Source: Camelus ferus (taxonomy: Eukaryota). Taken from it: a stretch of 64,000 bases of DNA. Below are positions 11,881 through 21,606 of the stretch, one piece after another. The stretch spans positions 14,756,001-14,820,000 of the forward strand of contig NC_045714.1 of NCBI RefSeq assembly GCF_009834535.1, in the 5' to 3' direction. The position numbers and the translations under genes are program-made. Each line of letters starts with the position of its first letter. The first letter of the stretch is position 1. The notes under the pieces are model-generated. The model did no database searches, was not told the origin of the DNA, and worked only from the letters and a program-made list of their open reading frames with translations.

Positions 11881-12684
11881 GTGAGTCCTGAGGGCCTGGG
11901 GCCATCCAGGACCCTCCCGGGCTGGGGCTCCACCTTCTCCACGGAGCCCCTCCCCCATGGCAGGGAGGTGCTGGCCTGATGCAGAGGGCCGCAGGGCCCT
12001 TCCACACCTGTCCCCGGCCCTAGGGTCTCTCCTGGGCTCGTGCTTCAGATTAAGTGCACCCGGGGAGAGGCCAGAACAGCACAGATGGACCCTGGTGTCA
12101 GGGGTCAGTGGTGGGACAGTGGGGGCCGAAGGAGAAGCAGGAGGTGGGGGGCATCCGCAGGGCCCCTGGGGGCCAGGGACAGGCTCTAAGAGGATGAGTC
12201 TGTTGACAGCATGGGGTGAGACAGAGGTGAGGGCTGCAGGGGCAGAGATGCGGGGTCCCCACCCCCGGGTGGTGTCAGCCTCTAAAACCAAGCCTGGCAG
12301 CAAACAGTCCCTTCTTGTGGTCACTGGGAATCCATCCTGAGGAGGTGACGCCTAGGGTGGAGGTGTTGGGGGCACTTCTGTCTCCAAAGCTCTGCAGTGA
12401 CACGGGATGTTCTGGCTGGGCGGCCCGTCCCTCAGCCTCTCTGTGAACAGCACAGACACCCAGCAGTTGCATTCCCTTCCCGAACATTCACCAAACATTT
12501 GCCTCGATTCTGGCAAGTGCTCCAGCCACTGTTACCCCCGTTCCCCCTGCAATAAAACAGGCACGAGTGAATTCCAAGGAGAATGCAGGGCAAGGGGGTG
12601 GCAGAGGCCAGTGGGAACCCCCAACCCCAGCCTTGGGGGACACTCCTGGCCGTGTGAGGGGCCAGCATCTCTGCTCTGCCCCAG

Positions 12685-12784
12685 GCCAGCAGGACAAGGT
12701 TCGCTGCTTCTTCTGCTACGGAGGTCTGCAGAGCTGGGAACGAGGAGATGACCCCTGGACGGAGCACGCCCGGTGGTTCCCCAG
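12685..12784 (+). CDS. BIRC7: BIRC7 exon 2 (BIR: [31 protein letters not shown])
   Basis: CCCCAG acceptor, AG|GTACTG donor, Zn ligands C-x2-C and H present. Confidence 0.97.
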
Positions 12785-13084
12785 GTACTGGCTCTGTGGG
12801 GGGGTCCTGGGGCTGGGCGTGCACCAGCCTCCCCTGCCGTGTCCCGGGGTGTAGGGTCTCAGGGACGGGGCCCCATCCAGATGGCACTTGTGCTGTTTCT
12901 TCCTTGATGCTCAACAGACCCCGACGCAGCAGCCCCAAGTGTCTCCTGCGGGGAGTCTGGGGGAGCGGTAGATGATGGCGCCATCCCTGCCAGGCGGTCT
13001 GCAGGGCTTGCCCTGGACCTGGTGGGGGTGGCTCTCTGACAGGGCAGGCCCACTGGCCACGGGGCTCCTGACCTGCTCCCTCAG

Positions 13085-13163
13085 GTGTGAATTCCTGCTC
13101 CGGACAAAAGGAAGGGACTTTGTCTGCAGCGTCCAGGAGTCTTGTTGCCCGCCAGGCTCCTGG
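13085..13163 (+). CDS. BIRC7: BIRC7 exon 3 (end of BIR: RCEFLLRTKGRDFV...GSW)
   Basis: CTCAG acceptor, TGG|GTGAGT donor, 79 nt keeps the frame, fourth Zn ligand Cys present. Confidence 0.95.
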
Positions 13164-13251
13164 GTGAGTTCTGCCTGTTCTTAGGGCTTTGGGGGGCAGG
13201 CGGAACGGGTCCCTCCCACCCTGCTCCACAAATGTTCTCTGGTCCTTCCAG

Positions 13252-13297
13252 GACCGATCAGAGGAACCAGAAGACACGGGTCCAGCTGCCCCCTCAG
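13252..13297 (+). CDS. BIRC7: BIRC7 exon 4 (DRSEEPEDTGPAAPS)
   Basis: TTCCAG acceptor, CAG|GTGAGC donor, 46 nt, ends in phase 1. Confidence 0.93.
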
Positions 13298-13389
13298 GTG
13301 AGCCAGGGTGCGCGGCCTGGGCCCTGCTCCCTTGGGCATCTCCAGCCTGACTGTGGCTGGGGCTGTCGGGTGCCCCCTAACCTCCGCAG

Positions 13390-13530
13390 GACAGCCGAGA
13401 GTGAAGGGGTCTGAGCTGGCCTCATGGGGGGGCTCCACAGACACCATGTGTGCGTCCAGGACTCCAGTGAAGCCAAAGCCATCCCCTACGACCACAGAAC
13501 TGGCCACCGTGGGCACGGCCATTCCCAAAG
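13390..13530 (+). CDS. BIRC7: Candidate extra BIRC7 linker exon (141 nt, Ser/Thr/Pro-rich)
   Basis: CTAAC..CTCCGCAG acceptor, AAG|GTGGCC donor, phase 1-1, open in the BIRC7 frame. No recognisable domain. Confidence 0.35.
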
Positions 13531-14096
13531 GTGGCCACGGGGGCGTGGAGAGGGGCGGCCTTTGCCGGTGTGTCTGCCAGTCACCCTTCAAGAGCTCACT
13601 TGGCCAGAGTCACCAGCACACAGAGGAGCCGCCGTGCTGAGCTCTGCTTCCCGTGTGGTGCTCAGGACCCAGTGGGGTAGGGTCTGAGGGGCTCCAGGGT
13701 TCAGGTCCCGTGCTTCCACCCAGCCCTGTAACACATGATTCTGCTCTCTGAGCCTCAGTGCTCTGAGCTGTGAAATGGGATGGAGCCAACCTCATTTGGG
13801 ATTGAACGGGGTCCAGTGATGCCCCGGGAGCAGCACCTGGTGTGTCGCAGGACTGTCTGTGGCCGCTTTGGTCTCAGGCCTGTCACCTTCCCTGTGTGGG
13901 GGCACCTCTGATCCAGGCACTGGGAACACAGCCCTGACTTGGGCATGGCTGGAGCAGCCATGATGGCCACAGGGGCCCTCACGTGGAGGTGGCCCTGGTG
14001 ACGGATCAGAGTGGCAGGCCACTGCCTCTTTCCCAGGACCCCGAGGCCCTGGGCCCTGCCTGCCCTGGGTCCAGCACCCCTCATACTACCTTGCAG

Positions 14097-14300
14097 ATGC
14101 TGGGGACAGCCAGGAGTGGCCCGCGTGGAGCCAGTGCCCCGCCGTGCAGGCCGTGCTTGGGATGGGCTTCGGGCAGGGCCAAGTGTGGCAGCTGCTGCAG
14201 CGCAGGTACCGCCGGGCGGTGCCGACCAGCGTATCCGCGTCCCAGCTGGTGGCCGACCTGCTCCAGGAGGGGGACAGGGGCCGGGCTGTGGGGGCCAGAG
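14097..14300 (+). CDS. BIRC7: Candidate BIRC7 exon encoding an IAP-type UBA domain (204 nt, 68 codons)
   Basis: CTACCTTGCAG acceptor, GAG|GTACCT donor, phase 1-1, no stop. The peptide QCPAVQAVLGMGF-x25-LVADLL aligns without gaps to the XIAP UBA (QNPMVQEAIRMGF-x25-LVADLV, recalled sequence). Confidence 0.8.
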
Positions 14301-14584
14301 GTACCTCCGCCTCTCTGGACACTGCCCCCACCTTTCCTGCCTCACTGCTCCCACAGTGCCCGGCACACAGTGTCCATGGCACCACGTGAGGTGCTGCACA
14401 GGCAGAGCGCCCCGGTGTGGAGGGGGAGCTGGGATTCTGGCGCGCTGGGCGGGGCGGGGGGCAGATGTGGGGGCAGGGGCTGTACTGCCAGTCAGAACTG
14501 GACCTCGCCTGCAGCCAGCTGTCTCTGGGCCAGGCCTTACCTCCCCGGGGACCTGGGCCTTAAGGCTCTTCTAACTGCCCACAG

Positions 14585-14656
14585 CTCCTGTCCACCTGGG
14601 GCCTGAGCTGCCCGTGCCCAGAAGAGAGGCCCCGTTGGAAGGAGCCAGGGAGCCAG
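14585..14656 (+). CDS. BIRC7: BIRC7 exon 5 (72 nt; [24 protein letters not shown])
   Basis: CTAACTGCCCACAG acceptor, CAG|GTGGAG donor, similar to the human Livin ELPTPRREV...QEP segment. Confidence 0.92.
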
Positions 14657-14859
14657 GTGGAGGGGGCGCCTAGGGTGGGAGTGGGGCCGGGCCTCCTGCC
14701 TCCTGCGGTGGGGGCGGCCACCCCTGGTCTGGCCCGCCTCCCACATCTGCCAACACAGAGGGCTGAGGTCAGGGTGTGGGGATGGTGTCACAGGTCGCCC
14801 TTGTGGAGAAGCGGGTGGAGCCCAGGCCCAGTGGGTGCTGGTGGCCCCAGAGTCCCCAG

Positions 14860-15053
14860 GAGCGCGGGATGCAGAGGAACAGCTGCAGCGCCTGCGGGAG
14901 GAGCGGACCTGCCGCGTGTGCCTGGACCGCACCGTGGCCGTTGTTTTCGTGCCCTGTGGCCACCTGGCCTGTGCCGAGTGCGCACCCAGCCTGCAGCTGT
15001 GCCCCATCTGCAGGGCCCCCATTGGCAGCTGCGTGCGCACCTTCCTGTCCTAG
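14860..15053 (+). CDS. BIRC7: BIRC7 exon 6, RING domain to stop (Livin-beta-type acceptor)
   Basis: [23 protein letters not shown]...CGH..C..C...CPICR...VRTFLS*. Exons 1-6 sum to 819 nt (272 aa), or 340 aa with the UBA exon. A donor follows at 15058/15059 (3' UTR intron). Confidence 0.96.
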
Positions 15054-15929
15054 GCCAGGTGAGTGTTTGGACACCAGGCTGCCCCTGAGATTTTGGAACA
15101 GGCCTGGACAGTGACCACAAGCATGCCGTCTCCTGTGGTCCTGATGGTGGCCCAGCGTCGCAGGGACCGGGGGGGGGGCAGGAGATGGCACTACTTACTC
15201 CCGCCACCTCCCTGGCCCCACAGACGTTGCCCGTCCACTCCCCCTGGTGCTTGGGTACCTGCACTGAATTCTTCTCAACGCAGCATCCCAGGCGGCCACT
15301 GCCACCCTGCTTGGGCGTGTTAAGCCACACCCACTGGGCACATCTCTGCCCGGGTTTCTTAGTGCTCAGAGGGATGGTGCCACCCGTCCAGCCGGGCATA
15401 GAGGGCGGCACCCTGGCCGAGGGTTGCTCAGCTTCGGGGGTGTATGGAGAGCACATGCCGCCCTTGTCAAGGGGAGGGGGCTGGGGTCTGCCTGAGCGTG
15501 GACCCCACAGGGATCCCAACCTGGGAGCAGAGTCCTGATGGAAATGCATGGTGTGGGGGGGGGGGCCCTTCGGCGTCACGGAGGTGGGGGCAGGAGCCAC
15601 GGCCTTCTCAGGGTCTCTGTGCTCCAGGATCTCCCCAAGAATCTTCCGGGGTGGAAGTAGCAGGGAAGGAACCTCTCAGGGCTGAGGGGTCCCAGCCGGG
15701 TGGACAAGCCAACTGGAGCTGCTGCTCCCACCTCCTCCCCTCCAGGAGCTGTGAGTACCGCTCCAGGAGGGCACCCCACTCGCTCAGCCTGTCCCTTGGC
15801 CCACTCGGCGGCCCGTTGGGGATGGCTGAGCTGGTGTCCAGCACTGACCAGCCCAGCGAGGAAGAGGGAGCTGTGGACGGCTTGGTGGAGGGGGTGGGAG
15901 CCTACCTGTGGAAGCTTTGGAAGAGTCGA

Positions 15930-15935
15930 AATAAA
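15930..15935 (+). terminator. BIRC7 polyadenylation signal
   Basis: AATAAA followed by the GU-rich GTGTGGGTTTTCC. Confidence 0.8.
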
Positions 15936-16164
15936 GTGTGGGTTTTCCTTGGACAGTGCTCTGCAGCCTCTGTTCCAGAACCTCCAGCCCCTCCCCACTA
16001 CCCTGCCCCAAACGGTCTGTCCCATTCCAGGCTATTTGCCCCTCCCGTTCGCTCCCCACTTTCCCTGGTTCTTCTCTTTGGCCTTGGGCCACTCCTGAAA
16101 CTAAACTTGTGAATACCCCACAAGCCCCTGCATCTCAGAAACATGGTCTGGAGGGCAGGTTCCT

Positions 16165-16170
16165 TTTAAT
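16165..16170 (-). terminator. NKAIN4 candidate polyadenylation signal (ATTAAA)
   Basis: TTTAAT on the plus strand, about 690 nt past the NKAIN4 stop. Confidence 0.55.
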
Positions 16171-16851
16171 CCACTTGTGGGCACCTTGGGGGATGCCCTA
16201 GGACTATTTCATGGGGGGGGGGGGGACTTGAACAGGACCCGCCCCCCATCAGCACATTTCCAGGCAGCTCTTGTCCTGTGGCTCCTGGGCAAGCCCAGCC
16301 CCCACCCCAGGGTTCCACCAGCCACAGCACCTGGGGCAGGTGGGGCCTGGTGGGCACAGTGTTGAGTCAGGAACCTGCACTCGGGTGGGGGTCTCTAGGG
16401 ACTCATGCTGACCTTCATGGTGGGGTCACACTTCCCCATCTCGCAGTCCTGGGGCCAGCCCCTCTCCCCAGCACGGGTGTGTGCAGCGTCTGGGTGCCTG
16501 GCTGCCCCAGGACAGGGCTCCCAGGGAAGGGGGCTCATTGGACAGCAGCCCCAGGCCTGCTGTGGACAGAGAGCAACCCTAGTGCTGCCAGAGGCCAGGT
16601 ATGACATTTCCTTCTGTGTCTTTTTCTTTCTTTTTTTTTTTTTAAGAAAAAGGAAACAGCAAACTTTTTGATGTTGCATCCATCTTCCACCAGCTCAGGT
16701 CCAGTCACTCGACCCTGGGGCAGGTGCTCAGCCCCTGCAGGGTCCCTGGGGCAGGAAGGCCCAGTGCGTCCCGCTGCCTGGCGTCTGCTCACCATCTGCA
16801 GTGGGTCACTGAGGCTGGTGGGGTCACAGGAGGGGGTGGACGCTCCTTCAC

Positions 16852-16861
16852 TTACGCAGGC
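16852..16861 (-). CDS. NKAIN4: NKAIN4 exon 7 coding part (G CCT GCG TAA)
   Basis: CCCCCACAG acceptor. Completes the C-terminus ...AYLPA*, as in human ...VYLPA. Confidence 0.88.
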
Positions 16862-18004
16862 CTGTGGGGGCGAGGTGGGGGTGAGCAGGGTCAGAGAACC
16901 CGGAAGGAAAGTGCAAGGGGTCAGCGGTCAGCAAGGGCGGCTGTACCCTGTTCCCTTCCAGAACAAATGGGACAAAATCCAAGAAAAGGAAGGCTTCCTG
17001 GCCTTTGGGAAAGGGCCAGGGGCAAGAGGCTGAACTTCTGCCAGGCCTGGCCAGGACTGCGGCTTGCCACGGAAATCTCAGGGCCTTGTCCCTACACAGC
17101 TGACTTTGGCCGCAGGCACCTCAGTGGGGTTTGGGCCAGGAGACTGGGAGCAGAATGAGGGGCTCACCTTGGGTCCCTCTGGCCACCCAGATCCATGGCT
17201 GGAGGGAAATCCCAGAAGCTTGTCCAGCCTGGCAAGCTCTTCCAGAGCCTGTGTGTCCAGGCCATCAACTCCCACACACCTTGCCCTGGCTTGGGCGCCC
17301 GAGCGAGGTCCCCTACTGTGGGAGCTGGACACCTGCTACCTCTGACGGCCCTTGGCTGACGTGGGTTACTTAGAGGATAGAAAGGCTGGGAGGCTGCCAA
17401 GAGGGCCAGAGTCCCCAGAGGGTAGCTGCAGTGTGGCCCCAAGGGCAGGCTTGTCCCTGAGGGCCAGGGTGGGACAGAGGAAGCACAGCCCTCCCAGGAG
17501 AAGGACCACCAGCTGCCTCTTCTGACCCCAGCTTTCAGGATTCCACGTGGGACAGGGCCCGCGGCAAAGGTCCCTTCAGAGGAGGTGGGCCAGCAGCCCA
17601 GGTGCCCCGACCTGAGGCCTGGGGAGTGCAGGGCCGTGGACACTGCTTTTCAGGAGGGAAGTGTGACCCTCCAATGGCAGGGAACACCTCACACTTCCTG
17701 CCACGGTGAGAACTGGGAAAATCGCCACGTCACCTCCCGGGAGGAGGCCTCTCAGCGCCTCCTGGGTCCCCGGCACAAAGCCAGCTCAGCTCCCACTCCC
17801 ACAGACCCTGCTGGGTGCGGCGCTCTGCACCCCCAGTCCAGGCCTGCTGCCGGCGTGAAGAGACCTTGGGAAGGTGGGAGATGGATGGACGGATGGGTGA
17901 TGGATGGACAGACAGAAAGACAGCTGCCTGGTGAGGCTTCCCAAGGTGGCTGTGCTAACCGCACTGGCCAGGCCAGCCGGGGCAGGCTCTGCGGCCGTAC
18001 TTAC

Positions 18005-18089
18005 AGGTACGCCTGCTGGAACAAGAGGCTGGAAGACTTTTCATTGACATGGTAGAGAGGAAATGGGTCAAATCCACCAATGAAATCAA
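18005..18089 (-). CDS. NKAIN4: NKAIN4 exon 6 ([29 protein letters not shown])
   Basis: TTCTTTCAG acceptor, CT|GTAAGT donor, 85 nt. Confidence 0.95.
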
Positions 18090-19299
18090 CTGAAAGAAAC
18101 CAAGACCCAAATAAAACAAACCCAAACAATGGACAAGATGGCAGAGTGAGGTCGTCCCCAAGCACAAACACCCCTGCAGGGATGCAGAGGCAGAGAGGCA
18201 GCGGCCTGAGGTGGCGCCCCTGGCGGGCGGGCTCACACCCGGAGGATGAAGGGCGGACTCCCGCTGGGGGAAAAGCTTCAGAGGATGCTGGCGCTCTCAG
18301 GAGGCTGCGGGGGCTGCCCGGCTCTCCCAGTCACAGCACCTTGAGGTGGTGGCTGCACAGTGCATTCCTGGCCAGGGCTTGCTGAGCAAAGCTAACACAT
18401 TCTGAACCCCAGGGCTGGCTCCCATGCGAAAACGTTTTAGTGCGACCGACACAGGAAGCCCCTTCCGTTTCTTCCCAGCCAGCTGTGGGCTGAGTGACGG
18501 TTTGGGGGTCTCACCACACAAGGACTGAAGGTATCTGGGGGCTGGTCCAGGAGTCAGCCTGCTCTCTGAAGGATGTATGGACCACCTACCCAACGGCCGC
18601 CTGACCTCTGGAAACAGGCTCTGAATTCAGATCCCAACCCCAGAGAAGCTGCTGCCTGTGGAGCCACGGCGCTCTCCCCGGGTGCTCCCAGCCCCGCCCA
18701 CCCTGACTTCGTCCTCCTCTGCAAGGTCTTCCTCTTCCCAGGAGACCCTATTGGAGCCTGAGGCAGTCAGGGCCAGCGAGAGCACCCCAGCGTTGACGCT
18801 GCAAATTAAAGCACAGTCCAGGGGGCTCATGGGTGGGGGGATGTACGAATGGTCTCAGACGGGCCCAGCCAGAGCTGGGGCCTGAAGCGGCCCCAGGTGC
18901 AAGGAGGCACTCGGCGGGGCAGCGGGGCAGTCAGGGCACTTTCCTCTGTAGGTCAGAACTCAGCCTTCCGCCTGCAACAGCTGTGGGGATCACTGGGGGC
19001 CAGCCCGCAGCACAGGAGCCCCCAGCCCGGGGGAGCGGGGGTGCACTGCGCCCTGGTGCCGCAGCCCGGGACCCTCCTCATCTCTTCTCAGGTGGCTGGA
19101 CCGTCCCCCAGGCCAGGGGGGCCAGGACAGGCCAGGACCTCTGTGGCACAGGGATCCATTTAAGAGGCCAGGTCTCAGGCCTGGGCCATGACAGGCCTCT
19201 GTAGTCGATGTTCAGCTTCCCTTTCCCTCCCCCACTGCCTGGTGGGGCCAGACGGCTCACTAAGGGGCTTTGGCAGGAGGCTGGTGGCCGCACACTTAC

Positions 19300-19360
19300 A
19301 GCTGTCCTCCTCCTCGGTGAAAACACTGACCACATAACAGGCACAGATGAAGCCCAGGAG
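19300..19360 (-). CDS. NKAIN4: NKAIN4 exon 5 (LLGFICACYVVSVFTEEEDS)
   Basis: TCTTTCAG acceptor, T|GTAAGT donor, 61 nt. Confidence 0.95.
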
Positions 19361-21421
19361 CTGAAAGACATGAGAGGATTCTCAGGGCGAGGACCCGGGA
19401 GCCGGAGAAGCATCATTACGGGAAGTGGGCCCCAGGGCATCCTAACTATGAGGCCACTGCCCTCTCGGCCTCTGTGTCCTCGCCTGTAAAACACAACAAG
19501 GAAAGAGATCCCTTGGCCTCCTAAGCTCTGGAGTTCTAACGGCGTCGAGTCCCCACTGTGGGGGGAGCACCTCTGCAGGTGAGGGGGACACATGAGGGTG
19601 AGGGGGCCAGTGGACAAGCAAGTCAGGAAGATGACCAAGCCCCTGCTTGAACAGGGGGTGAGATGCAGAGAGAAGCCCTGGGAGACCCGTAGCCACGGCC
19701 TGGATGGGCCCCAGGCCGACTGTGCCCCCAGCGTGACACCCCCATTACAGACGGGCTGTCCTCCCTGGGGTCTCTGGCCTTAAGCAGACAACCACTGGGT
19801 TTCTCCTCCTGGGGGAGAGGGCATCTAGCGGCAGCCACAGAGGACAAGTTTTGAGCCCACCAAGCTGCATGGTTTGGAAGAGAGTGCCGGAGAGAGAGAC
19901 GGAGGCCTTTGCCCAGCAGGCGACTGCGGGCAGAGTGGATGGGGCTGGCTGCTGCCCTGCGGGAGTCGAGGGCTTGACCTGGCAGAGATTCTTCAGCCAG
20001 GCTCCTCAGAGGATGCTCAGACTGCAGGGGAAAGAGGACAGGTGAACGCCCGGGCCCCAGGGCTGCTAGGAGAAAGGGCTTCCACTGAGACGGGCAAGAC
20101 CGGCACTGCCCACGGCTGGCCCCTCCGATCTCGCACAGCCCAGGCAACAGTAACCATGGGGTGAGTTACTCCCAAGTGTGGAGTTTACTGGCCTCATGGA
20201 ACTGCATCCTCTCTGATGAGAACGAGGGGGCCCGGCTCCAGCCCTCAGCACACAGCGGCCTGGAGCAGACAGCAAAGTGCATCTCGACACTGCAGGGGCA
20301 GCTAAGGAGGGGCCCACAGCTCCCTGTGCTCCCAGGATCCTTGGAGGGGCTGCCCCACCCCAGCTCATCCCGGAGGCTCTGCAGAGGGAAGCCTCTTCCA
20401 CAGAAGCTGGAAACCTGAGAGGTGGCCCAGGACAGTGAGCTCATGCCCTCTGACCTCCAAGCCCAGTAGGTCAGACCTCCACGCTCTGGGGCATCACCAA
20501 CTGTCTGATCACCCCCACACCAGGTGGTGATCTCGACCTCCAGGACATAGCACAGAGGATGGTCCCAATGGTGGTGGGTCATAGGTGCCCCAGCTGCCCC
20601 GGGCAGACGTTCCCCCAACATTCCCCACCCTGCATGGTGTGGATGGTCCACCCATGGGCTCCCGCTCCCTCCAGCTTGGGGTGGCCAATGGGGAGCCCAG
20701 CAGGAGACTAGGGGGAGGGAGGGGGTTGGGGGAGAAGCAGGACGTATATCTCCCAATGCCTTGTCCGCAGGACTGCCTCCCAGCCCCGGGGCCACAGCTC
20801 TGCAGATCTCTGTGGTGTACCATAACTCCTCCCTGCGTCCCTTCAGGCCAGCGTGGCAACGGCTCAGCCACAGCCCCGAGGGAGTCTGGTATCCCATGTG
20901 GTCTCCAACAGGGCACCCACCCTTCACTAGCCCCCAGGAATTCACCTAATCTGAATGCATCATTTGTCTTGGTGGGACCTCGCCTGATCAGGGGAATAAA
21001 CAGAAAAGATGTTTCATGGGGATTCCTGCCATGGAGAAGCTAAGCAGTCTTCTGAGAGAGGTGGTGGGGAAACTGCAGCCTGGGAGGGGACAAGAGGCTG
21101 GTGGAGGAAGGGGAACAGGAAGGCAGCCACTGGCACAGGAGCAAAGGGCTGAGGGAGCGAGAGACTGGCCCTCCGTCAGCGAGACCTCAGGGGGTGCACT
21201 TAACCTTTGTGTCTTGGTTTCTTCACCACAGAACAGGCCCAGTGTGCCTCCAAGGAGGAGGTGGAAGCCTGTCTGTCCAGGCGGCAGGTCAACGGCTCCT
21301 CTGTGCCTGTCTCTTTGCCGTTGCACAGCAAACTTGAGACACCTTCCCAAGCAGCCTTTCCTGGCACCGTGGGCCCAGGGGGAGGCCGCCCACAGGAGCC
21401 TGGAGCTCCTCTTGGGAGAAC

Positions 21422-21445
21422 GGGGGGGGGGGGGGGGGGGGGGGG
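21422..21445 (+). repeat. Poly-G tract (24 nt)
   Basis: Directly visible homopolymer next to the RE1 site. Confidence 0.95.
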
Positions 21446-21455
21446 CGCAGCCCTG

Positions 21456-21476
21456 GGCGCTGGCCGCGGTGCTGAA
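21456..21476 (-). promoter_or_regulatory. RE1/NRSE (REST-binding) element in NKAIN4 intron 4
   Basis: Minus strand reads TTCAGCACCGCGGCCAGCGCC versus consensus TTCAGCACCACGGACAGCGCC: 19/21 identical with canonical spacing. Confidence 0.7.
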
Positions 21477-21559
21477 ACCTCCACAGCCGCCCTGCTCCTC
21501 CTCGGCGGGGCGGGGCGCCGGGGAAGGACGTCCCAACTGCCTCTCCTGTGCCCTCCAGT

Positions 21560-21566
21560 CCCTCCT

Positions 21567-21597
<31 letters not shown>

Positions 21598-21606
21598 TCC
21601 TCCTCC
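21560..21606 (+). repeat. (TCC)n / polypyrimidine tract
   Basis: CCTCCTCCTCTCCTCCTCCTCCTCCTCCTCCTCCCCCTCCTCCTCC. Confidence 0.9.
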
